DNA of 64,000 bases from Iphione sp. A-MEVVRFRX5 (lineage: Eukaryota): NCBI GenBank assembly GCA_976226885.1, contig OZ320321.1, positions 73,842,001-73,906,000 on the forward strand, written 5' to 3'. The number at the start of each line of letters is the position of its first letter. Position 1 is the first letter of the stretch. The notes below the pieces were generated by a model, which saw only the letters and a list, made by a program, of their open reading frames with translations, had not been told where the DNA came from and did not search any database. This document shows positions 48,560 to 60,519 of the stretch, piece after piece. The position numbers and the translations under genes were made by a program.

Positions 48560-50075
48560 AGCAGGTAATGAAACTCATCGTCTAATGTTAGTAGCATCTC
48601 CTTTATTATTCACGTTGGAATGCCTCGTAACATGCTAGCCTTATTATCTTTCAGGTTAATTATTATTAAAGTGAGTTCTAGAATTGTAACTGGATCCATT
48701 TTGAAGCGATGATATGTCTTTGACCCCCTCTGGTACTGGGTAATCGGCAGTAGTTCTGATACTCTCTTACCTACTGAACTGAATAACATGTTGAATTTAT
48801 CAGCGATTATTGCGTTCGACAATACCTCACCATTATCATTTAGTAATTTTATAGTCCTAGGGACTTCACCATAACCATAGTGACCCTTCAGTTTATTCCA
48901 AAACTTTAAGTTCATATGATTTCTTTCTAACAGTATATTGTGCTATTTTCAACATCATTTTATCACCGGGATTACCGCTGATCCTGTATTTTGTTGCTGC
49001 CCGATGTTTACAGCGTATCATATCTAAAAATTCACCTGTTACCCATGGTGGGGTATCCTGTCTTATCCTAACTCTTTTTACTGCCGTCAGCTTGTTTAGT
49101 AAGTTATTTACCTTAGACATGAAAATTTCCCATTGCTCCTGTACAGAAGTAGAATTGTACATAGCTGACCAGTCAAGTTCAATCAGTGCTCAGTTTAACT
49201 GTTGAATATCAAGATTACTATAATTCCTATATTCTTTGACAATCTGTTTATGATGTTGATGTTGGTTAATTGGGAGTACAATCTCCAGCATATAGTGGTC
49301 ACTTAAATCAACTTGTATTACCTTATTACGAAGTATTGAGGCACAATTCGTTAAACGTACGTCAATTATAGTTCCACCAGAACCAGACGGTCTAGTAATA
49401 TTGTTAATTATTTGTTGGAGTGAACTAGATATACAAAAATCAATCATTTTTTGTCTTATTGGAGTACTCACCTTCCAGTCTATATTCATGTTACCTATAA
49501 GTACAAGATAGGTATTTTTTTTTATATAATCCATAGAGCTATCCAAAGAATGCATGAAGTTGTCAATGTTATTATTATTATTATTATTATTATTAATCTT
49601 TATTTCAACTGGTTCCTTCTTACATCATGGTATGAGTAATTGCGACCAGCATTATTGCAATAACAGTATAAATCATCTTGACAGCAAATGTTGCCAGAGG
49701 GCGGTCGGTATATGGCACCAATTAATATCCTAGGTAGATTTTTGCAAATTATGTAAAACCACATAACTTCAATATCTTCAGTCATAACCGGAGTAAGTTG
49801 GGATGGTGGTACCTCATATAAGAGCTGTTCTCGAATATATACTAAGAGACCACCTCCTTTATTTCTATTTCTATCTTTCCTGATAATATTGTACCCTCTT
49901 AATAGTTACAAGGTATCAGGAATGTCCGGCAATAGCCACGTTTCACTTAATATCAAACAATCAGGTTGTAATCTATGCATGAATAAAGTGAATTCTGGGA
50001 ACTTACCTAATAGGCTCCTAATATTAAGATAATAGTCAAACCAGGTGAGTACGACCCTCCAGTATCATTCATTAT
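48560..50075 (-). pseudogene. Element B ORF2: APE endonuclease and linker
   Basis: LNIRSLLGK, LSETWL, RKDRNRNKGGGLLVY, GAIYRPPSGN, GNMNIDW, ITRP..TIID, SDHY, PPWVT. Confidence 0.9.
49571..49686 (-). mobile_element. Short retroposed 3'-end fragment nested in element B
   Basis: Ends in AATAAA plus a (TAA)n tail; flanked by AATGTT at 49565-49570 and 49687-49692; splits the YRPPSGNID motif. Confidence 0.75.
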
Positions 50076-50788
50076 TACGATGCCATAATACCCACCATGT
50101 TAACTGTAATGAGCTCAAGGAGAAAATTATTAGTTGATTCAAGTAAGCAGGAAGAAACATACACAAAAAATACATTAGGAAATAAAAAATATAACAGATA
50201 AACAAACCTTTAAAATAATATTGGTTGGTATTTGGTATATACACTAAATGTAAATATACGCCACTGCCACCCCTGCATTGTGACTTTTCTTACCGTTCCA
50301 CAAATTACCTTAACTTAAGATAATATAACATATGGAAGGCCTCTATTCCAACAACATAGTCGAATGGGTTTTCTGGTTGATTTTTTATTGGCATACTATA
50401 GTAACTGTTATATGAAAGTTGAATATCAGTACACTATCAATCCTCATAAATAGGATAATTTATACTACTTTACACAGTACTATTATTTGAACACACTTAT
50501 GAGCATACTACGTACTCACAAAGATATGACAAATCAAACCGTAAATGTGTCATAATAACTTAAATTATTAGTGATACCAACTCAAACATAATTATTACCA
50601 TTCAATGTCGGTATAGGACAATAACCTATCCAACTAAGTAATGGGTGAAATATATCCCATTTATTGTGCATTGTCAAAGAGATAATCAAAGCCACGGTTA
50701 TCAGCTTATAAAAAATATAGAGTATAAATTACAACGATATAACCACAGGTGCCACGTACCCGTAGCTCATCGCTGCACTATACAATTA

Positions 50789-51460
50789 TTACATATTTAC
50801 CAGTAGTTTCCATAATAGTCTCTCAAGAGCATGTAACATTTTCATTACTAGCTTTACTTTCCAGCAATATTTTAGGTGACAACCATCAACATACCTAACC
50901 AATCGATGTCTCCAAGCTCCACAATTTCTGTCATGTATGACAGTACTAGTCCATGGAGTAGGAACCCCATAGGTTCTGTTCATTATTGTAATTATCTGAT
51001 TTATTTTAATAACGGAGTCAATGAGTACAGCTTGAGAATTAGTGGAGGCGGCAGCAACCTCCTGTGAGCCGTTTAATGTCAGATTGTACTTAGCAAGGTC
51101 AGTTGCAAATATAGTGCAGTACATGATCACACTGTACTGGAGCAGATTCCTGGTAGTCCACAGAGTGTACCCTACTATATTAGAGGCAAGAGTGGAATTA
51201 TCATACCTTGGCACTACATATTTCTTACGCAGTCCCTCAGCAGATCTTATCCTTATTTTTTTGGTAAGATTATTACCTCCGGCTAGGATCACTATCACTC
51301 TTGGGAATGGATGCCATGTATTTCTGACTACATACTCACAGATGGATTCAAGCCGCCCCCCAGGGAACACATGTACTTGAACATTCCATCCAAAATGATG
51401 GAATATATTTTCAAGCTGCCTGCCATGACTTGAAGCGAAGACGTGGATGTAGTTATCAAA
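50789..51460 (-). pseudogene. Element B SGNH/GDSL-like esterase ORF
   Basis: YIHVFASSHGR (block I), VFPGG (block II), ILAGGNNL (block III), VDGCHL (block V). Confidence 0.75.
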
Positions 51461-51547
51461 CTACATTTTTGATGTCAACGTCAGCAGAGACCGTGGAGCA
51501 ATCTGGAAAATTACTGCATAATATTAACAAACCATCAACATCAATGA

Positions 51548-53025
51548 TTAGTTATACATCATGTCACTTAGTTTACTACGAGTCAGTTCAAGGATTTTGC
51601 CTAGATGGTTCAGCCCAGTAAATGTCCCATCCTTGATCTCTTTCGATTTTTTATTGGCACCAGCCCCCCAGAACGAATTTGGTGTACTTTCTACCAAATT
51701 TGCTTTGCCAGTTGCTAGTAGGTTATTCATTAGAGTAGTGTTTTGGTTGAACTTGGTATACACCAGTTCCTCCATCACTTCTAGTTTCAGCGTGTCCCAG
51801 TCTTCAACATCTTTTAACCCTCTACGTATATTTTTTAAGGCTTTATGATCGGTTGTGTGTAGAGAGAGGGACAGCTTTGAATCAACATTGGCAGCCTTGC
51901 ACTTTGAATATGTGTAAGCCTGCTCCAGGCTATCAAATGTTTTATTATCCCACATAATTTTACATGGGTAAAGATTTGACAAAAACGAATTTTTACCTGC
52001 ATACAGTAATATACCTGAGGTTGCTGCTTTTTCTGACTGTTCACCTTGATTCTCTTCAGTTTGCATGTTCGGTATTTTATCCAGGTTATCAACACTGAAC
52101 GATTTCCCATCTACAACCAATTGCTCCCCTCTAATGTAGACTGAAACAGAAGAATCATTTTTAGTTTTCGCATCATTCTCCTCAATTTGACTTGGGTTGT
52201 TTTCTGCCTTTTTGTCTTATCATTATTTATCCATACTTCCTTACCTTTTAATTTTTCTTTGCTAGCCAAATCTCATTCTTAGTAGCGAAACGAACAAATT
52301 TAACGAATACAATGGAGGTACCATTTTCTTTTGTTGATACTGTGTAACATTCACTTATATCTACCTTCGTTATATCCACACCTAAATCTTTGCAGAAATC
52401 TATCAATGTATCTTGGATATCAGCATCAGGGGTCAATGAAATACCATCAATAAATAGAATATTTCATTTTTGCACATGTTCCAGGTGTTCCAGATTATGG
52501 CACTCATCACTGTTTCCTTTTTTATTTTTCAGCAAGCCTATTTCTTCACACAAGTACTCATTTTCAGATTTTAAATGCTCAATTTCACTCTCCAAATTTT
52601 TTATTTTCTCCGAGTTTGTTCTCCGAAATGAACAATTTCATTGCAGGTATCAAGCTTACTGTCTATATCACTTAGTTTAGCTTGAACTTCACGACTTTCC
52701 TGAGCTGAGGCCTCTCTATTACGAATTATTTCTTTCAAAATAACGTCAAGTCCTGGAACACCACTTTCAGCTACTTCATCAAGTGAAAACTCAGTACCAG
52801 GACTGTTGTCCTTTCTCCTCTTACCTGAGAATTTCGATAAATCCGGAGTAGCAGTACCCTTTATAAGAAAATCAGAGATATCTTGCTGTTTTCCGTTCTT
52901 ATTCGTAGGTTCTGCACAAGTGTCTGCACCGGCCGGCGTTGAACATCAGAACTATTATTAGATTTGGCCTGTGGCGCTGACCCTTGGTTACTCGTACGAT
53001 CAGCAGTACTATTTTCAGATGCCAT
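51548..53025 (-). pseudogene. Element B ORF1 with a canonical NADAR (YbiA/RibX-like) domain; the NADAR part 51548-52120 is uninterrupted
   Basis: FLSNLYPC..FDSLEQAYTYSK..W..VMEELVYTKFNQN..LLATGKANLVEST.NSFWGAG..GLNHLGKILELTR closely follows the YbiA pattern FSNF..TSEHYFQAQK..KFEQH..LLLAT..LVE..D.YWG..GKNRLG.LLMELR. Confidence 0.9.
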
Positions 53026-54490
53026 ACCTGATTGACGTGCTGTGTATGTACCTTATTATCACTCACTCATCAGATTCTCAGATATTTATATCAAGCAACA
53101 CGTAGAAATAACAATAAAACTCTTCAGAACATAACCAATATCCTTATACAAAGGTTCATCCAATAAGACACCATTTAAGAATGAATAGAACACACTTAAA
53201 CTAACAATTATTAACAACAATGCGGGAGCAGCAAGCGGCACCTACCTACGTTACATACCAACCGATGCGATCCGATATACAGTTTATAGTGGATAGTCTG
53301 TAAAGAGCTGTGCTCTTTCATTTTAGTATATAGTGGGTTACTTACCTGTTGGCGGAGAGTAAGCTGTCTGATCACAAGCAGCGAGGAATGAGCGGGGTGG
53401 GATGTGTGTGCCTGTGCCTGGTCCTCCCTGTGTGGGTGTTATTCCTAAGATAACACTACAGTGTATGTCTTTTGAGAATTGAGAATTGAGTGTTTATTGT
53501 CTTCTCCATATGCATGTACAGAGTTATCACTGACAATAGGTCATCGCTATCCCCCTTTACAAAATTTAAAGTATATCATATATTCAAGCAGTATAACATA
53601 TATTCAAACAATCACACAGTAAAATATACAATACCAATAAGCGGGGCCTACAATAGATTACAGACCACCATAGCAAATTTAATCATCAGCACAAGCTCCT
53701 TGTTTTAACTAATTAGAGAGATGGTTCCCTACCATAGCATGCATCACAAAAACACCTTATACCCACAACAAGAATCAGGAAGTTCAAAGTAGGATACATG
53801 AGACAAGAGACTATAATGCCAACTAATTATGTACTGTGTCACTAGCAGTCAGAGAGACTGCTGTTGGCATTTCATCCGTCCAATACTTCACAGGAGAGAA
53901 TTAAGCAACTACGCTGCAATCACACAGTATGTTATACAATACCAATAAGCGGTGCTTACAATAGCTTAGAGACCACCAAACAAATTTTAAACCTCAGCAC
54001 AAGCTCCTTGCTTAACTAATTACAAAGATGGTTCCCTACAGTAGCATGCGTCACAAAATCACCTTATACCCACATCAATAATTACGAAATTCAAGTTGGG
54101 ATACAAGAAACAGAGATTATAACGTCTTAGTATCACTCACTTACTTAACCTATAATCAGACTTCAGGTGTATGACAAGGTGATGAGAAACAAGTCATCGC
54201 ATCTTCAACATAAGCAGGAATTAGAGTAACCATCTGTTTCCCCTTTTGATTTATGCTTATAAGAGATGTATACCATTGATGACTGGTAGTATGTTAGGCC
54301 GTAAGTGCTCTTGAGGCTCGACAGATTACCCAATGCATACCAGTGACATTTGCTCAGACCTGAACTTAAACAGTTTACCTCATGGCCATTCGGGTTCCGC
54401 CATTAAGTCATAGTGGCCAAGCCATTGTTACTGGGTAAAGCTCCCTACACCCACACTATGCACACTAGTTTGAACAGCTCATGTTCATGT

Positions 54491-54870
54491 TCATGTATGC
54501 GTAGAGTGCCTTTTGGGCAATGACCAGCTAGCCTTCGCAGTCTCAGGGAGCCCATTCCAAGCTAGGACCCCCCTATACCCCAATGACCGAGAGTATAGGA
54601 CAGTCCTTGGCCTAGACACTTTACATCTGTCAGTGCAACCTAGCCTCGCGGACGAGCTGGGCTCTTTTTCCATTAGCCCCAAGTGCACTAACCGATGCAC
54701 CAGTTGGACTCCTTTGTTCTCGATTAGGCTCTGTAACCGCGGGACTCCAAACCGACTGTGCAGCCTCGCTGCTGAAAGGAAGTGCCCTTTTTGGATACAG
54801 GCTCTTGCACACCGATTTACCTGGATTTGTAGTTTTGCCATTCCAGAAGATCCTAACGTGTAGAGTGCCG
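54491..54870 (-). pseudogene. Element C ORF2 C-terminus
   Basis: PALY..LQIQVNRCAR..FGVPRLQSLIE..AWNGLP aligns with the C-terminus of element A ORF2. Confidence 0.88.
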
Positions 54871-54875
54871 GGTAG

Positions 54876-55891
54876 ACTTGATCAAACGTATAGACATCAG
54901 AGGGTCGTCAGGTATCACTGGCGTTCCATCCAAAATCTTAAAGCCTCTACTACTAAGAGTCCCTGACTTTGTTGCGTGGATCTTTGGGCAAATCTTATCT
55001 GTAGGCAAATATCCAGATGAATGGAAGGTGGCAAGAGTGACGCCGGTGTACAAAAAAGGAGACAAAAACTGTCTAGGCAATTACAGACCGGTGTCTATCT
55101 TGCCCCTTCCAGGCAAGATCTGCGAAACCTGGTTCAATACCCAGCAAGTTGACTACATTGAAAGAAACAATCTGCTCAGTGCAAGCCAACATGGGTTCCA
55201 AAAAGGCAGAGGCACTGCAACTGCCTATTGTAAACTGCTAAATGTCATCCTTGAGAAGCAAAATGAAGGTCTGTTCACATGCCTACTCTCATTTGATTTG
55301 AGAAAGTGCTGCAGTCCATGGTGGATAAGGGGGTCGGACAGAAAACAGTAGCAATGGTAAAAAGCTACTTCACAGGGAGAGGCCAATTTGTGAGATGTGG
55401 CGATATATGCTCACAGGTAAGACCACTAGGCTCCGTGTTCGGTCCGACTGCCTTTACATGGGTGTTTTGACTCTATAATGGGGGTCCTTCCAGATGGAGT
55501 AGAATCGGTAGTATATGCTGACGACCTAACCATTGTAACATCAGGGAGTGAACAACAAACACTAAGAGAGTCGGCCATGCTAGCCATCAGTAGGGTTACT
55601 GACTGGTGCACTGCCAATGGTTTTGTACTGAGTGAAGAGAAATGCTGCTATGCTACGTTGGGAAGAGCGAGTGAAATAGACCTTGACCTGACGTTGAACG
55701 AAACACACTTGCAAAAAGTACAAACATTGAGGTTGCTGGGCTTCTTCATCGAATCGAAGCTAGGAATATCCAAGACTTGTAGTCATGTTAAAAAGAAAAT
55801 GTGGTTACCTGCAGGAAAAATTGCGAGGGTGAAACAACCTTCCTATCAGGGTCAGGTGTCAGCTGTTCGATTCACTTGTTCTCTCTCAACT
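54876..55891 (+). pseudogene. Element C RT core, inverted relative to the rest of the element
   Basis: WKVARVTPVYKKG..NYRPVSILPLPGK, QHGFQKG, FDLRK and YADD are all on the + strand. Confidence 0.92.
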
Positions 55892-56951
55892 GTCCCGCCT
55901 GCTCCAGTCGCCTGCCCCAAAAGGCCCTCATTTCCTGCTTGACTACCCTTGCTACCTGTTTCGACAGAAACCTGAATATGTTTCTACTGTCCTCACAGCC
56001 AACCCGTCTCCATTTCCTGAAATAGTAGTTCCTGTCTTGACTCAGTTCCTTTGCTGCAGCCGACAAGTAGAAGCCATCCTCCCTTTGTCGGGTTCTCACT
56101 ACAGTTTCGGGGCATTGGCTCTCCAGGATATCTCCTGTTTCCGTTATGAAATTGGACCAAGCTAATTCGTGGTTCCCAGGCTTATCTAACACCTCCTTAT
56201 CCCGTAGCATCGACACAACTTCTTCTAAGTTCACCCCACCCCAGTCTCATTTTGTGTGTGCAACTGTTCTTAAAGGTGGGACCCCCTTTTTTAAGACCAC
56301 CTGCACCGGTAGGTGATCACTAACGAATTCCTCAAGTACTCTGGATTTCTGATTCCCCTTGCACTTTGCCCATATTTAGTCCAGAATATGTGTGCTGTTG
56401 ACCATGGTGGGTTCAGATGTCAGCTGTGTGTACCCCTTTCCAGTTAAGAATGATATCAGCCAATTTCCTACCCTTCCTGGATTGCTGTGATCAAAGTTTA
56501 GATCGCCCAGAATGAACCTGTCTCTACGACTTTTACAAAAGACACTCTTGTAGGCCGTAGTCATAGCCCTGGTAGTGCCATCTAATGTGTCATTCGGTGG
56601 GCAATAGACACACAATAAATCTATAGGCCGCCTTTTGCCACCTTTTAAACTAACTCCTACTATTTCACAACACGAGTCAGGAGTGCCCAATAGTGTTACA
56701 TCTAGCAGTTCAAAGTCCTTCCGATAGTACACAATTATCCCACCACCCTTTTTCTTTCCCCCTGCTTGCCTATCCGCCCTCACAAATTTAAATCCCGGAA
56801 TGGTGACTTCTACATCAGAAACAGTGGAATTTAACCAGCTCTCTGTTATACACAACATATGAACATTGTTTTTCTTGATTAAAGTTGTGACAAGTGGGAC
56901 TTTCCTGACTATGCTCCTAACATTCCATGTAACAATTTTTAAACCCGGCAT
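55892..56951 (-). pseudogene. Element C ORF2: APE endonuclease and linker
   Basis: MPGLKIVTWNVRS, LCITESWL, GGGIIVYYR, GDLNFD, PTMV..HILD. Confidence 0.92.
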
Positions 56952-57978
56952 TGTACCAACTTAATGACCTAACTATGACTCTAACATCAAGGCCTAGGCA
57001 AGGCTGATTCTATCAAACTCCTTCATACCGGTAACACAGTTTCAATCACAGTCTTATATGCAGATTACGAAGTATCATTCACATGTATTAGTTGTGTTTA
57101 ATAGTATGGATGAGTCCCAGGGTAGTGGGCAAGATAGGTTCCCTAAATGATTGTATAGAACTAAGTTTAACCTCTCAGATTTAAAAATTTACTTAATAAA
57201 ATATTGCGCATATTGTATCATGATTGCACAAGTAGTTATCACAATTTGTAGTTGAGCATCTGTATCACACTAGTCATCTCATATGGTTCCAAATTTAATC
57301 TAACTCGATAGTACCCCGATTTCGGTATGTAGACATCAAACACTTTTAACTTGATTACATTCACATCTGGGATACAAAATGATTGAGTATACTAATGCTC
57401 CTATATTATCATATTACGAACAGTTATCACAAATAGAAGTTGAGCATATGTTATCACAGTGATTATATTATCATGATATTACAAACAGTTATCACAAATA
57501 GAAATTGAGCATATGTTATCAGAGTGATTATCACTATTAGTCTGAAGTGAAACTTGAAAGCACCCCTTTTTCATTATATAAACATCAAAACACCTTTAAC
57601 TTGAGTATGTTTACACAAGGATACGAGTATAATCTGAGTAGCACTGAACAAAACTGATTCAAGTACAAGTAACTGGTGCTCTCCCGCACAAGCAACCTTA
57701 TTGAATGGTCAATTAGGCAGCACTCCAACTATGTTTGTAGTTGCATTAGATACCCAACTAATTATCAGGATCAAACTCAGTCTCTTAATGGAAAGTTTTG
57801 TCATAAAGCGTGCAACATAGTACGGAATCTGAGTATAAAAGTTCCATTTTTTGGCCTTGCTCGAACACCTCTTGACTAAGACCAGGTCCCAGCAGTTTGT
57901 AAATGTCCTGAAACGCATCAGAACGCATCAGTTGCTCAGAGGAGTGGACCTGCCACTGCTCCCAGCTTTTAACAGCAG

Positions 57979-58707
57979 TCATTCAGCCAGGTTTAGATGA
58001 TGGTGCCCGTGTTCCCTGATATACTCACCAATGAGCAGTTGAATCGCAAATGCCCATTCACCAATGACAATATCCTTTGGTGTGTAGCCATCTGTGCCAA
58101 GTAAACTAAAGTCATTTACTATCTCACCTCCTGCATTTTGACTTACCGGCATCGCCAGGGAACACAGGTTGATGCCTATCCTCGTTGCTGATGATTCGCA
58201 GAACATATCATTGATATGTACTGCCACGTCCAGCTTGAACTGTTCCAAATCCCCATCAACGAGGGCTGGTTTGAGTTTGGAGAGATCAATACTTGGTGAG
58301 CCACAAAACAGCAAATGTGGGCCCCCCTCTCCCACTCGACACCGACGTGCCACCTTCGCTAGTGATCTGCTGAGCTTCTTTGAATACTCTGCTGGCGAAC
58401 CCATAGACACGGCCCACTGGCCCGTTTCCCAGTGCAGCCAGTCATGGGCTCCAGCAGCAACTATGATCACATGAAATCTCCTGGGATCCGCGTACGATAG
58501 CCAACGAGCTACCCCTCTGTAGCTGCATCTCTCCAGGGTTATTATGTAGATCTTGGTCGGGGGCAGCAGGTGGATGGTATTCTTCAGTGCTTTGAAAACT
58601 GGTGCAGTCCGCTCGTCAGCTATCACCAAGATGTTCATCTGATGCGAAACCTCTTCACCGGGTGTTTCATCATAGAGGCTATGGGAGTAGATAACAATTT
58701 TACACAA
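57979..58707 (-). CDS. Element C SGNH-hydrolase-like ORF (open, 242 codons)
   Basis: MNILVIADER..FHVIIVAAGAHDW..LLFCGSPSIDL..DGYTP; the only uninterrupted copy of this ORF. Confidence 0.65.
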   Translation of the reverse strand: MCKIVIYSHSLYDETPGEEVSHQMNILVIADERTAPVFKALKNTIHLLPPTKIYIITLERCSYRGVARWLSYADPRRFHVIIVAAGAHDWLHWETGQWAVSMGSPAEYSKKLSRSLAKVARRCRVGEGGPHLLFCGSPSIDLSKLKPALVDGDLEQFKLDVAVHINDMFCESSATRIGINLCSLAMPVSQNAGGEIVNDFSLLGTDGYTPKDIVIGEWAFAIQLLIGEYIREHGHHHLNLAE

Positions 58708-58776
58708 TAATTAAAGAAGCTGAAATAGCGTCACTATTCATCAATATGCAGTAGCACATACGGTGAATAACGTGAC

Positions 58777-60441
58777 CTACTGCATCAAAAACTTGCCTCT
58801 GATCTTCATCAAAGTTTCCCCCAAGAGATTTTTCCCAGAATCATTATCCCCAGAGTCATTGTCAGTGGATAGCAAGTTCACGATTCCACTCCCTAGCTCC
58901 ATATCGCGATCAACATATACAATCTTCCTCCTTCCCGTGGCAATTAATGCTAGTCTTGCCTCTTTGTTGTTTGCGATAACATTTGACATTACTTTTTCAA
59001 GAGTTACCTGTGAATTCGAGTCCCATGTTTGTTTTTTCTGCCCTTTGACTTGCTCATTTGATTTCATCAACCGCTTCCAAGTTGTTTATTTCACGCGCTA
59101 GTGCAAGATCTCGTGCTGTGCGAGACCTTAGGCGGTGATAGGCCACTTCTGGGTTATGGTAATGTTTACCATCAAGGATTAGTGGCCGCAAGCACATGGG
59201 CAACAGAAGGCTGTGGTCTCTGTCAAATTTAAACGTTTCCTCTGTTATGGCAACATTTTTCTCATTCGTTCGCAAGTCCTCAGGAAGGAATTCAAACATC
59301 TAGTGGAGTGTATTTTGTGCTGTCAATGATGAGGTCGATACCACGGACACTCGCCTTGTATCTGCTCGCTCGTGCCTTGGCTGCCAGTCTTCATTGCTGC
59401 GTGAAGATGTGTTTCAAGTCTTCCATCGTCGACAGCTTACCCTTTTTCCTTAATATCATGTTCCTCGCCTCTATTGAGTTCAAGAGGACTCCAACACGTA
59501 TCTTGGTTTTTGTTTCGTTAAAGACCAAGCAGTCCACTATCTCACTGGGTTTGATGTCTGCTACCTTTCCCAGTATGTACACAATTCTGTCGCGCAGTGT
59601 CTGTTTTTGACCGATGTGCACGCCATCAACAATCAAGCGCCTACATCGATCCTTAACCTCTAGCCTGGTCAAGTCGAGCTTCACATTGTTACATTGCTCA
59701 CCAATAGCTAACATGTGGCTTTCCATTTCAGCCAGTTTATCATCTAACCTTGCCAGATGTGCATTCTCAGCATTCTTTTTTCGGCTTCGTCACCAGCTTT
59801 ACCTCTGCCCGTGTAGTTATCTCATGCCTTATCTAGGTGATCTCCTGCCTGACCCCGGTGATCTCCTTATGCACGCCAGCCAGTTCAGTATCCACGTAGG
59901 TTCTGAAACATTTTATTTCCTCTCTCAATATATTTAAGAGATGGCTATTCCTGCAGTCATTGTCATCCGCGCTCCCTTCATCATTTACCCTGTCACCTGT
60001 AATCGTAACATCAGTCCCAATGTTATTCACCGATCCACTTGAACCTGGGCCCATCTGTGGATTGTTGTTGTCGGTGACAGTGTCACTACTCTCTCCTAAG
60101 GAGCATTCAGTATGCGTACCATTGGAGTCAATATTATTGTCGTTGCAAATGACGATGTTATTGATTTCTCCAGTTGGCCTACCTGCCTCAGGGCTGATGC
60201 AACCCTTGGAATCCTCCTTCCCATCATTCAAGCTCTGGACACCATGCAGGCGTTTGACATTGACCATTGGTCGGAGGTTTAAAGGTAGATTCTGCAGATT
60301 ATTGCTCACCATCCCCAAGTCAGGTAGGTCCGCAGCAAAGATCCTATTTCTCCTCCTTATCCAATCATCAAATGTATTTTGGCCTGTTCTTGAGTTGTTC
60401 TCAGACCTTCTTGCGCCGTCTCTTGTCGTTTTTCTACCCAT
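58777..60441 (-). pseudogene. Element C ORF1 (frameshifted) with a C-terminal NADAR domain
   Basis: RRLIVDGV..EARNMILRKK (RRM-like), then LDGKHYHNPE..W..ARLALIATGRRKIVYVDRD..GKNLLGETLMKIR. Confidence 0.85.
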
Positions 60442-60519
60442 GATTTCAATTAGGTAAGCATATTGGCGGGAGAGCACCTGTCAGCGTTACCTACTCGGTC
60501 ACCATCTTATCTTCCAATC

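Larger units (their letters stand above)
48451..53285 (-). mobile_element. Element B: 3'-truncated CR1/L2-group LINE, ORF1(RRM-NADAR) + SGNH ORF + APE
   Basis: Same gene order as A and C; ORF2 stops just before the RT domain. Confidence 0.85.
53476..60519 (-). mobile_element. Element C: full-length (~7.0 kb) decayed CR1/L2-group LINE, ORF1(RRM-NADAR) + SGNH-like ORF + APE-RT, with an internal inversion
   Basis: 3' AATAAA plus (CAATTCT)n tail; TTGA duplicated at 53472-53475 and 60520-60523; empty site gtcttttgattgtgtagg seen at ~60790 and ~61230. Confidence 0.9.

Noticed and set aside
51548-52120. Bacterial contamination or a DarT/NADAR toxin-antitoxin operon
   Set aside because: No ADP-ribosyltransferase partner is visible; the domain is fused to a eukaryotic LINE ORF1 amid microsatellites and spliceosomal-type signals.
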